40,954 nucleotides of DNA. It comes from a virus. Under the pieces are notes generated by a model. The model was not told the origin of the DNA. It did no database searches and saw only the letters and a program-made list of their open reading frames with translations. Shown here in pieces: positions 17,467-26,004 of the stretch. The translations under genes and the position numbers were made by a program. The DNA lies in the UHGV virus genome UHGV-0187710; one strand, 5' to 3'. The number at the start of each line of letters is the position of its first letter. The first letter of the stretch is position 1.

Positions 17467-17853
17467 ATGTCCGATCCGATTTCCGGTTCTGGGATGGCTG
17501 GTGGTGTCCTGACGGGGGCCAGCGTCTATGGATTTCTGTCCGGAACCGATTACGGCGTGGTGTTTGGCGCATTTGCCGGGGCTGTATTTTACATTGCAAC
17601 CGCAGCGGATCTAAGTGCAGCGCGCCGACTGGCATATTTTCTGGTGTCGTATATTGCGGGGATCCTTTGTTCCGGGCTGGTGGGTTCAAAGCTGGCTCAG
17701 GCTACCGGCTACAGTGATAAACCACTGGATGCCATTGGCGCCGTAATCGTTTCTGCTTTAGCCGTCAAAATCCTGACATTCCTGAATAATCAGGATGTCG
17801 GCTCGCTGGTGGCGCTGATAACGCGCCGGGGAGGTTCAGGTGGTACAAAATGA
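17467..17853 (+). CDS. putative holin (multi-pass small membrane protein)
   Basis: 128-aa ORF with several hydrophobic helices and charged C-terminus, first gene of the lysis cassette. Confidence 0.6.
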   Translation: MSDPISGSGMAGGVLTGASVYGFLSGTDYGVVFGAFAGAVFYIATAADLSAARRLAYFLVSYIAGILCSGLVGSKLAQATGYSDKPLDAIGAVIVSALAVKILTFLNNQDVGSLVALITRRGGSGGTK

Positions 17854-18121
17854 CCCATCGGCAACTTTTAATGCATTGCTTTGTGCTGGGGTAGTGTTAA
17901 CCCTGATGTTTTACCGTCGCGGCGACTCGCGACATCGACCGTGGATATCTCGCTTAGCGTGGCTGCTTACGGTCATCTACAGCGCCGTTCCGCTGGCGTA
18001 TCTGTGCGGTATTTACCCGTACTCATCATGGGCCACTATCGGGGCCAACTTTATTTTCCTGTCCGTGCTGGTCGCCGTAAGAGGCAACGTGGCACGTCTG
18101 GTTGATCATCTGAGGCACTAA
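17840..18121 (+). CDS. second small lysis-cassette membrane protein (holin/antiholin-like)
   Basis: 93-aa hydrophobic ORF overlapping the previous gene end and ending at the endolysin start. Confidence 0.5.
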   Translation: MVQNDPSATFNALLCAGVVLTLMFYRRGDSRHRPWISRLAWLLTVIYSAVPLAYLCGIYPYSSWATIGANFIFLSVLVAVRGNVARLVDHLRH

Positions 18122-18735
18122 TGAACCAATCACAATTTCAGCAGGCGGCTGGTATCAGCGCCGGGCTTTCTGCGCGCTGGTTTCCGCACATTGACGCGGC
18201 AATGAAAGAGTTTGGCATTACAGCTACGAACGATCTGGCTATGTTCATCGCCCAGGTTGGGCATGAGTCTGCTGGCTTTACCTCGCTGGTGGAAAGCTTC
18301 AACTACTCGGTAGAGGGGCTGAAGAAAACCTTTGGTAAACGGCTTACTCCTTATCAGTGTGAAATGCTGGGTCGTGTCGATGGTAAGCAGGTGGCCCACC
18401 AGCCGCAAATAGCCAATCTGGTTTATGGTGACCGCATGGGGAATAACAGCCAGGGTGACGGCTGGAAATATCGCGGTCGCGGCCTGCTGCAAATCACGGG
18501 TCGTGAGAACTACACCAAATGCGGCACGGCGCTGAAACTTGACCTTATCAGTACGCCAGAATTGCTAACGCAAGAGCGACATGCGGCTCGTTCGGCTGCG
18601 TGGTACTTCACGTTACGCGGTTGCCTGATGTATTCGGGTGACGTGGCACGCGTTACGCAGATTATTAACGGCGGACAGAACGGCATTAAAGACCGCCGTG
18701 AACGTTACGCCAAAGCTAAAGCTGCACTGGTGTGA
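18121..18735 (+). CDS. endolysin, glycoside hydrolase family 19 (chitinase-like lysozyme)
   Basis: FIAQVGHESAGF ... YGDRMGNNSQGDGWKYRGRGLLQITGRENY motifs typical of GH19 phage lysozymes. Confidence 0.9.
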   Translation: MNQSQFQQAAGISAGLSARWFPHIDAAMKEFGITATNDLAMFIAQVGHESAGFTSLVESFNYSVEGLKKTFGKRLTPYQCEMLGRVDGKQVAHQPQIANLVYGDRMGNNSQGDGWKYRGRGLLQITGRENYTKCGTALKLDLISTPELLTQERHAARSAAWYFTLRGCLMYSGDVARVTQIINGGQNGIKDRRERYAKAKAALV

Positions 18736-18742
18736 GGTCAGT

Positions 18743-19012
18743 ATGGGGCTTGAAATGATTATCGGCCTGGTTGTTGCTGTGCTGGCTGCAATTGCAGGTG
18801 CTTTTGGGCTGGGCAAATCACGCGGTACCAGTATCGCTGAAACAAAAGCGGACCAACAACGCACTGAAGAACGTGCAATAGCTATTGAAGCGGTTGCAGA
18901 ACGCCGGGTAGAAACAACAAAAGGAGCCAGGGATGTACAACAGACTGTTAACCATATGCCTGATGACGCTGCTGATCGCGAGCTGCGCAAAAACTGGACA
19001 CGTAAGGATTGA
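18743..19012 (+). CDS. i-spanin (Rz-like)
   Basis: N-terminal transmembrane helix (MIIGLVVAVLAAIAGAFGL) then a charged helical periplasmic region; GAGG 5 nt upstream of the ATG; directly after the endolysin. Confidence 0.7.
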   Translation: MGLEMIIGLVVAVLAAIAGAFGLGKSRGTSIAETKADQQRTEERAIAIEAVAERRVETTKGARDVQQTVNHMPDDAADRELRKNWTRKD

Positions 19013-19154
19013 GGTTATTGACACCGGCTGCGATTGGGTAAAACCCATCTACGGCACTGCTCATGATTGGGAAGTGCTGGACAGGCAGACCAAGAAAGAC
19101 ATTCTTATGCATAACAAAGTGTGGATGTCAAACTGTGGCTCTATAACTTATTGA
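18933..19154 (+). CDS. o-spanin (Rz1-like lipoprotein), overlapping the i-spanin 3' end in another frame
   Basis: signal peptide with lipobox LIASC; overlapped spanin architecture. Confidence 0.65.
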   Translation: MYNRLLTICLMTLLIASCAKTGHVRIEVIDTGCDWVKPIYGTAHDWEVLDRQTKKDILMHNKVWMSNCGSITY

Positions 19155-19805
19155 TTTTGTTTTTTTGTTGTCTACCATATCAGGCAATGTGAAGGCATAT
19201 AGAAGAAATACTTCGGTGAAACCAATCATTTCTTGAGCATCTTCTTTTGAAAATTCTTCATCAGAATGAACTGCTCCATTGGAATCGATTCGAACTATAT
19301 GTGCCCATTCCCTCATTTGATCTGTAATCAGTCCCTTAGCATGCAACATAGAAATCCGTTTAACCAATTTTTCATCTTTTGAGTCATTTCCCAGTAACTC
19401 CCGTGTAGCAATGTCCAAGACTTTACGGCAAAGCATAACGGATGTGTCGAAACGACAGCGCCCTAAGTTGTCTTTTGCTTCTATGAAAGCCATAGCAGCA
19501 CGTGGCGGAGTGTGTTCGGGGGCGTTAAGGAGGGTGGGTTTCGGGATGATATCAATCAACTGGTACTCAGTATTTCCAGGAATGATTACGTTTACATCAT
19601 TATTTTGCCTAGATTTTGCACGAGGTAAATAACCACCGGGATTATTCATTTTTACAATAGCAATACCTGATTGAAAACAGCTTCGACAACAAAATGCAAT
19701 ATTAACTAAAGGCCCGGCGTTGATACGCAGTTCTGCCCATCCTTCAAGGACAGCATTTTCCCTCAGACAATGTGGGCAAGTGATATCGAAAGTGAGAATT
19801 CGCAT
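19128..19805 (-). CDS. zinc-ribbon protein with DUF4145-like (HEPN-superfamily-like) C-terminal domain; candidate abortive-infection/defence cargo
   Basis: start at internal ATG 19805; N-terminal CPHC ... CCRSC; C-terminal FIEAKDNLGRCRFDTSVMLCRKVLDIATRELL ... HIVRIDSNGAVHSDEEFSKEDAQE pattern recalled as DUF4145; opposite strand to the lysis genes. Confidence 0.7.
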   Translation of the reverse strand: MRILTFDITCPHCLRENAVLEGWAELRINAGPLVNIAFCCRSCFQSGIAIVKMNNPGGYLPRAKSRQNNDVNVIIPGNTEYQLIDIIPKPTLLNAPEHTPPRAAMAFIEAKDNLGRCRFDTSVMLCRKVLDIATRELLGNDSKDEKLVKRISMLHAKGLITDQMREWAHIVRIDSNGAVHSDEEFSKEDAQEMIGFTEVFLLYAFTLPDMVDNKKTKSISYRATV

Positions 19806-20550
19806 GACTCTACTCCATACATTAAAAGAAATTGAAAATGAATTACACAATGCACAACGACCTGAGTCTACACTCCTTCAACGATATGAAGTATCGAATG
19901 AGATTAAAAAAAAGGAGTTTGTAGTCGCTTTGATCGGTAAACTGATAGAATTGGACCGCCGTCTCTATGTCACATCATTGAAGCCTTAGTTTCAATTTTA
20001 CCGATTTATCGCTTAAGGGGTAGGACTTCAACACTACTAAGTGAGCATTGCAGCAGGCATTCAGGGGAATGCTGTGACAGTAGTTAGCTAGGGTAAACCG
20101 TTTGCGCCTGGGGATTTTACTTTGCGACGGAAAATTAAAAAACTATATGATTTCTTATCCCACTAGGATGTCTGCGGACTACTACTGACTGTTTAGGCTA
20201 TTACGAGGGGCTCAAACTCAACGTCTGGCATCAACGCAGAACTGAAAAAGTCGCCATGAATGTGGTTACGGTATTTGGTGGGATATAAACGTACCTTCAT
20301 TTCTAAGCTTGATAATCACCTTTGTCCGAATTGCCTACGCGATAGTCATGTAGTTTTAGTCATAACCGTTTACCCTATTGATGTCAAGATAAATTGGATA
20401 ACACTGATGAATCGAACCTCTAAATCCTTTGATGGGCCACTCATAGCTGACTGGTTCAAAAAAGTGTTATCAATGGTATGATAAGTTGAGATGAAAGGTG
20501 TAAATGAACTATAATAATTCAACAGTTAATCTGAGAAAAATGGATTATGT

Positions 20551-20820
20551 ATGTCGAATGTAAAAAAAATAGATGCTATAGTTCAAAATTTATTTGAATT
20601 CAGAGATGCTACAGGTGAACTTACGGATAAAAATATTGTTTTAATACAAAAAATCATAACGAACTTACCTGACTATGCTGGTAAGGATCCATATGAATTT
20701 TATTCATCATTTTCTGAAGATATTAATGAGTCGCTCAAAGCAATTGCCAATTATCATAAGGCACATGCTAAATACATTAATGCCCTCGATAAATTAGCAG
20801 AGCTTAGGTCGGAGGGGTAA
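20551..20820 (+). CDS. hypothetical small soluble protein, gene 1 of an AT-rich two-gene cassette
   Basis: 89-aa ORF, very AT-rich, predicted all-helical; 2-nt gap to the next gene. Confidence 0.55.
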   Translation: MSNVKKIDAIVQNLFEFRDATGELTDKNIVLIQKIITNLPDYAGKDPYEFYSSFSEDINESLKAIANYHKAHAKYINALDKLAELRSEG

Positions 20821-20822
20821 TA

Positions 20823-21200
20823 ATGGCTACGGAAGATATTCAGGCTTTGTTATCTAAAGTTAATGCGTTAAGATTTGAAGATAAAAGAATAGAGAAGGAA
20901 ACAGGAGAGATTGAAAATGAAATTCAGGCTCAATTTCTTCGTGATGGTAAAACAAGGAGTACATTAACCATAACATTTATGAGAGGCTTTTTTGGTCTTA
21001 TCGTTTTTTCTTTTATATTTGTGATAGCTTATAACTATTGCGCAGTGCAATGGGTACTTCAATTACAAAGCAAAGGGCTCATGGAGGCTTCTAAAAGTAT
21101 CGCACTACTTGAGTTAGATAAGGTGTTATCTATTATGGTTAGTGCGTTAGGAACATCTCTTGGGTTTATAATTGGCTATTATTTTAAAGACAAAAAATAA
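20823..21200 (+). CDS. hypothetical small membrane protein, gene 2 of the AT-rich cassette
   Basis: 125-aa ORF: charged helical N-terminus then two hydrophobic segments (FFGLIVFSFIFVIAY and VLSIMVSALGTSLGFIIGYYF); followed by a strong terminator. Confidence 0.6.
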   Translation: MATEDIQALLSKVNALRFEDKRIEKETGEIENEIQAQFLRDGKTRSTLTITFMRGFFGLIVFSFIFVIAYNYCAVQWVLQLQSKGLMEASKSIALLELDKVLSIMVSALGTSLGFIIGYYFKDKK

Positions 21201-21273
21201 ATAATTTAATTTTACATTGCTATTTATGTTTTGCTTTTAAGATTTTTAACTTTCTAGATGTAGAGTTATTGTT

Positions 21274-21305
21274 AAAGCACTGGTATTTGCCAGTGCTTTT
21301 TTATT
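21274..21305 (+). terminator. rho-independent terminator after the AT-rich two-gene cassette
   Basis: 10-bp stem aaagcactgg / ccagtgcttt with loop tatttg followed by ttttatt. Confidence 0.65.
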
Positions 21306-21599
21306 AAAATCCGCGGATTAATGACGGCAATCATGAATACTCCTCCAAAGACTGATCCAACGATACGGGTGTATAAGTCACACTTGTTTAATCTGTGATT
21401 GATGGCACTATAATTTATGTTGCACAACATAAACTGCCGATGGAGGGAATTGAGTGCTGAGCATGTCAGACATAAGTGTGTTGTCGAAGGTCTCCTCAGG
21501 CATGGTTTCTGCATAACGTCGACACTTGAAAGCCTCCATAATGACAATAAAGTATAAGTATTATCATTATTAATTGTCACTTGCCGTTGCGACATGCTT

Positions 21600-21611
21600 G
21601 GGCGGCGACCG
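21600..21611. other. candidate cosN cohesive-end site
   Basis: GGGCGGCGACCG matches the lambda 12-nt cohesive end GGGCGGCGACCT at 11 of 12 positions; sits inside an imperfect inverted repeat cttgggcgg cga ccgcctaag, about 100 bp upstream of the HNH and terminase genes. Confidence 0.5.
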
Positions 21612-21700
21612 CCTAAGTTCTCTTTATAAATGAGAAGTTCCCGCTAGCGACCGTTTCTGATTCTTTTTTTCTACTAAGTTTGTATCAAATAAACAGGATA

Positions 21701-22069
21701 ATGCCGATGCCAGCACGAGCAAAGCGTCCATGCCGGCACAAGGGCTGTGCGGCAGTTACCAACGATGCCAGTGGCTATTGTGATCAACACCGACAGCGGC
21801 ATGCTGGTGATGGCTGGCGTAACTATCAGGCAGGAAAGAGCAGGCAGGAACGTGGATATGGGCGGACCTGGGAAATTAAACGGGTGCGTATCCTTCAGCG
21901 TGATAAGTACCTGTGTCAGAACCATCGCCGGCAGAAGATTGCAAAAAAGGCGACCAGCGTTGACCACATCATTCCAAAAGCTCATGGCGGTACTGATGAC
22001 GATTTCAATCTTGAGTCGTTGTGCTGGGACTGCCACAGAGCGAAGACGGCAAGAGAGCGTATCCGATGA
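21701..22069 (+). CDS. HNH endonuclease (packaging-associated)
   Basis: Cys/His-rich ORF with CQNHRRQKIAKKATSVDHIIPKAHGGTDDDFNLESLCWDCHRAKT; directly upstream of terminase genes. Confidence 0.85.
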   Translation: MPMPARAKRPCRHKGCAAVTNDASGYCDQHRQRHAGDGWRNYQAGKSRQERGYGRTWEIKRVRILQRDKYLCQNHRRQKIAKKATSVDHIIPKAHGGTDDDFNLESLCWDCHRAKTARERIR

Positions 22070-22404
22070 GTTAGACCCATTGCACATATTTTGGTTCACG
22101 GCTCTATACAATAGCTAACTGCCCAAAATAATGGGGTGGTTCATCGCGCCGCGCCAACCTGCACTGCAGCTATTGTGGGCAGTCAGGGCATAACTCTAGT
22201 GCCTGTCCACATAATGAGAGCTGCGGTCGTCGGCGCAGCCTGAATGATGACTTCCATCTTGATTGATGCCCACACAGGCCAGGGGAAGGGGGGATCAAAT
22301 CCCTGACCCCTTTCGCCTTCCAGGACTGCCGCCTGAAGGACATTTTTATACGCAAGAAATAAGGATCTTTTTTCCGGTAGGTTTTAACTATTAATAGAGG
22401 TGTT

Positions 22405-22839
22405 ATGGCTGGTGGAATTCGATCATCAGGCGGAGGGCGAAAGCCCGTTTTACCTTCAGGACAAAAAAGCAAACTGACCAGAATCGCACCTCCCGCTGAG
22501 TTAATGGGGGAGAATGCAATAAGACTGTGGAAAACCCAAAGTAAAATTCTGATCGAAAGAGGCGTGTTTGAACTGGAGGATGCGCCCCTGCTTCTGGCTT
22601 ACTGCAATGCCTTCCATTTAATGCTTGAAGCTGAAAAATTGCTCTCGTCAAGCCTGACGACCGAAAGTGAAATGGGGGGATTAAAGAAACATCCCGCCGT
22701 TAACATCAGAAATGATTCTGTTTCCCAGATAGCCCGTCTTGGCTCGCTTCTGGGGTTGGATCCACTCAGCCGAATTAGGATGCGTGGCAGTGGAAATGAT
22801 CCGGACGACGACGGGAATGAATTTGATGAGTTTGACTGA
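22405..22839 (+). CDS. terminase small subunit (P27-type)
   Basis: 144-aa ORF with basic N-terminus and central LLLAYCNAFHLMLEAEK motif; acidic tail; ATGA-coupled to the large subunit. Confidence 0.85.
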   Translation: MAGGIRSSGGGRKPVLPSGQKSKLTRIAPPAELMGENAIRLWKTQSKILIERGVFELEDAPLLLAYCNAFHLMLEAEKLLSSSLTTESEMGGLKKHPAVNIRNDSVSQIARLGSLLGLDPLSRIRMRGSGNDPDDDGNEFDEFD

Positions 22840-24560
22840 TGGCTACATATCCGAACGTCAATGCAGCGAACCAGTATGCAAGAGATGTTGTTGGCGGGAA
22901 GATCCTTGCTTGTCAGTTAACTGTGCTTGCCTGTCAAAGACACCTTGATGATTTGGAACGTGCGAAGGATCCTGCCTGGCCTTACCGGTTTGATAAAAAC
23001 AAGGCCGAGCGATTTTTGCGCTTTGCTCAGAAGATGCCTCATACGGCCGGTGAATGGGCCAGGAAGAAACTACGAATAGAATTTGAGCCCTGGCAAAAGT
23101 TTGCCCTTGGTGTGCCATTTGGATGGGTTAATAAGAAGTCCGGATTCCGGCGTTTTTCTGAAATATATATTGAGGTGCCCAGGAAAAATGGGAAATCCGC
23201 AATTGCAGCTGCCGTTGGTAATTATATGTTTTGCGCCGATGGTGAACATGGTGCAGAAGTGTACTGTGGCGCCACTACTGAAAAACAAGCCTGGAAAGTC
23301 TTCTCTCCCGCTCTACAAATGGTAAAAAAACTCCCGGCATTGCGACAAAAATACTCAGTCAAACCCTGGGCGAAGAAAATGACCCGTCCGGATGGCTCTG
23401 TTTTTGCGCCAGTCATCGGCGATCCTGGTGACGGCGATTCCCCTTCATGTGCAATTATTGATGAATATCACGAGCATCAGACTGATGCACTTTATACAAC
23501 GATGACTACCGGGATGGGGGCAAGGGAGCAGCCTGTTACTCTGATTATTACTACAGCGGGTTATGACATTACTTCGCCCTGTTACGAGAAGCGTGTGCAG
23601 ATAGTGGAAATTCTCCGCCGTAACCGGACAGGAGAAGAAAACGAGACAATATTTGGCATTATATACGGTCTGGATGACGATGATGACTGGACCAGGCCCG
23701 AAGCGCTGATTAAAGCAAATCCCAACTTTGGTGTTTCTGTTAAAGAGCATTTTCTTCGGGCGAAGCAGTTACTGGGAATATCCAATCCCAGCCAGACTAA
23801 CAAAATTCTGACCAAGCACTTTAACCGGTGGGTAAGTGCAAAAACGGTTTTTTATGACCTGCAAAGATGGATGGCTGCTGCGGATAAAAACCTTAAATTA
23901 TCTGATTTTGTTGATGAGGATTGCTGGCTGGGTATTGATCTGGCCTCGAAAGTAGACCTGAATGCCGTAGTGCCAGTGTTCAGGAGAGAGGTTGCTGGTA
24001 TAACCCATTTTTACTGTGTGGGGCCGCTGTTCTGGGCGCCTGAAGATACAATTTATTCACCAGATCCCACGCTGAAAACCATTTCTGAACGTTACCAGTC
24101 ATTTGTGAAACAGGGGGTATTGATACCTACTGAAGGGGCTGAGGTGGATTATCGGTTAATTTTTGAGTCAATTCTTCAGTTACGCCAGCAGGTTAAAATT
24201 GTCCAGTGCCCGATAGATCCTTACGGGGCAACATCATTGCGCCATCTGCTTGAAGAGGAGGGGCTGGAATCCGTTGAGATCAGGCAAAATTTTACACATA
24301 TGAGTGATCCAATGCGTGAAATTGAGGCGGCGCTGGCATCAGGACGCTTTCATCATGACGGTAACCCTATCATGAACTGGTGCATCCAGAATGTTATAGG
24401 GCGTTACTTACCAGGAAGCGATGACATTGTTCGCCCAGGGAAGGAGAGAAAGCAAAACAAAATAGATGGCGCGGTAGGACTAATGATGGGAGTCGGGCGA
24501 GCCATGCTGAACGGAACTGTCAGTAAATCGGCTTATGATGAGGAAGATATTACATGTTGA
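22839..24560 (+). CDS. terminase large subunit
   Basis: 573-aa ORF following the small subunit, with ATPase-like N-terminal region and nuclease-like C-terminal region. Confidence 0.95.
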   Translation: MATYPNVNAANQYARDVVGGKILACQLTVLACQRHLDDLERAKDPAWPYRFDKNKAERFLRFAQKMPHTAGEWARKKLRIEFEPWQKFALGVPFGWVNKKSGFRRFSEIYIEVPRKNGKSAIAAAVGNYMFCADGEHGAEVYCGATTEKQAWKVFSPALQMVKKLPALRQKYSVKPWAKKMTRPDGSVFAPVIGDPGDGDSPSCAIIDEYHEHQTDALYTTMTTGMGAREQPVTLIITTAGYDITSPCYEKRVQIVEILRRNRTGEENETIFGIIYGLDDDDDWTRPEALIKANPNFGVSVKEHFLRAKQLLGISNPSQTNKILTKHFNRWVSAKTVFYDLQRWMAAADKNLKLSDFVDEDCWLGIDLASKVDLNAVVPVFRREVAGITHFYCVGPLFWAPEDTIYSPDPTLKTISERYQSFVKQGVLIPTEGAEVDYRLIFESILQLRQQVKIVQCPIDPYGATSLRHLLEEEGLESVEIRQNFTHMSDPMREIEAALASGRFHHDGNPIMNWCIQNVIGRYLPGSDDIVRPGKERKQNKIDGAVGLMMGVGRAMLNGTVSKSAYDEEDITC

Positions 24561-24733
24561 TCACTCTTTTAAGTTTTATTATCGGCCTCGCCGGAGCCGG
24601 GTTAGTGTCTGCCGGTGCCTGGCTTATTTCACCTGCAGCCGGGCTTATTACTGGCGGTTCAATCTGCCTGCTGTGGTCATTTTTAATCGCGAAATCGATG
24701 TCCGCCAGCGTAATTAAATCAGGGGGTGAATAA
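24554..24733 (+). CDS. small hydrophobic protein (59 aa) between the large terminase and portal genes
   Basis: ORF MLITLLSFIIGLAGAGLVSAGAWLISPAAGLITGGSICLLWSFLIAKSMSASVIKSGGE; start overlaps the terL stop and its stop overlaps the portal start (TAATG). Confidence 0.4.
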   Translation: MLITLLSFIIGLAGAGLVSAGAWLISPAAGLITGGSICLLWSFLIAKSMSASVIKSGGE

Positions 24734-25992
24734 TGTTCATTCCCCAGATGTTTCGGGGTAAATCTCAGTCTGGTGGTGGTTTCTGGCAGGCGATGCTGGG
24801 TGGGGTGAGTTCCAGCCAGAGCAAGGCGGGGATCATTATCACTCCTGAAACCGCACTGGCGTTATCGGCGGTCCGGGCATGCGTAACGCTTCTGGCAGAA
24901 TCGGTGGCGCAGTTGCCGTGTGAACTTTACAGGCGAGGCGCTAACGGAGGCCGTGAACGGGCGACTGACCACCCTGTTTATGATCTGATTCATTCCCAGC
25001 CCAACAAAAAAGACACCTCGTTTGAATACTTTGAGCAGCAACAGGGCCTGCTCGGGCTGGAGGGAAATTGCTACTCGATCATCGACAGGGACGGGAAAGG
25101 GTATCCCCGCGAATTAATCCCGGTTAATCCCAAAAAAGTCATCGTCCTGAAAGGGCCTGACGGGATGCCCTATTATGAACTCCCCGAAATTGGCGAAACG
25201 TTGCCAATGCGCATGATGCATCATGTGAAGGTTTTCTCGCTGGATGGTTATATCGGTAGCTCTCCGATCCAGACGAACGCAGACGTTCTTGGGCTGAACC
25301 TGGCCGTTGAAGAGCATGCTTCTCAGGTTTTTCGCCGTGGCACAACGATGAGCGGCGTTATTGAGCGACCAAAGGAGGCTCCGACAATAAAGAACCAGGA
25401 GAAGATTGACCAACTTCTTGCTAAATGGACGGATCGTTATTCCGGTATGCGTAATGCCTTTTCTGTCGCATTGCTTCAGGAAGGGATGAGCTACAAACAG
25501 CTATCTCAGGATAATGAGAAAGCGCAGCTGTTGCAGTCCCGCCAGTGGGGCGTGGAGGAAGTTTGCCGACTCTATAAAATCCCGCCTCATATGGTGCAGA
25601 TGCTGGCGAAAGCCACAAATAACAACATTGAGCATCAGGGGCTGCAGTTCGTCATGTATACGCTTTTAGCCTGGCTGAAACGCCATGAAGGCGCATTAAT
25701 GCGCGATCTGCTTTTACCCAGCGAGCGCGGTAGTCTGTACATTGAATTCAATGTATCCGGCCTGCTGCGCGGGGATCAGAAGTCACGCTATGAATCTTAT
25801 GCGCTGGGCCGTCAGTGGGGCTGGTTATCGGTTAATGACATTCGCCGCATGGAGAACCTTCCTCCCATCGCCGGTGGGGACAAATACCTGACGCCTCTGA
25901 ATATGGTCGACAGTAAACAAATCTTACCTGGCAATAACGCGCCAACAGCTAAACAACTGGCAGAAATCGAAACTATTCTGGCCAGAGCCTGA
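24733..25992 (+). CDS. portal protein (HK97 family)
   Basis: 419-aa ORF at the canonical position after terminase; sequence character of HK97-type portals. Confidence 0.93.
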   Translation: MFIPQMFRGKSQSGGGFWQAMLGGVSSSQSKAGIIITPETALALSAVRACVTLLAESVAQLPCELYRRGANGGRERATDHPVYDLIHSQPNKKDTSFEYFEQQQGLLGLEGNCYSIIDRDGKGYPRELIPVNPKKVIVLKGPDGMPYYELPEIGETLPMRMMHHVKVFSLDGYIGSSPIQTNADVLGLNLAVEEHASQVFRRGTTMSGVIERPKEAPTIKNQEKIDQLLAKWTDRYSGMRNAFSVALLQEGMSYKQLSQDNEKAQLLQSRQWGVEEVCRLYKIPPHMVQMLAKATNNNIEHQGLQFVMYTLLAWLKRHEGALMRDLLLPSERGSLYIEFNVSGLLRGDQKSRYESYALGRQWGWLSVNDIRRMENLPPIAGGDKYLTPLNMVDSKQILPGNNAPTAKQLAEIETILARA

Positions 25993-26004
25993 TTATTCCC
26001 CGCT

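Noticed and set aside
19804-19989. 61-codon plus-strand ORF divergent from the DUF4145-like gene
   Set aside because: Its ATG is the reverse reading of the same CATG that starts the minus-strand gene, an arrangement that arises by chance at palindromes; kept only as a remark in the findings.
21272-21595. 107-aa minus-strand ORF across the region upstream of cos
   Set aside because: Overlaps the cassette terminator and the cos-proximal non-coding region; no ribosome-binding site and implausible composition.
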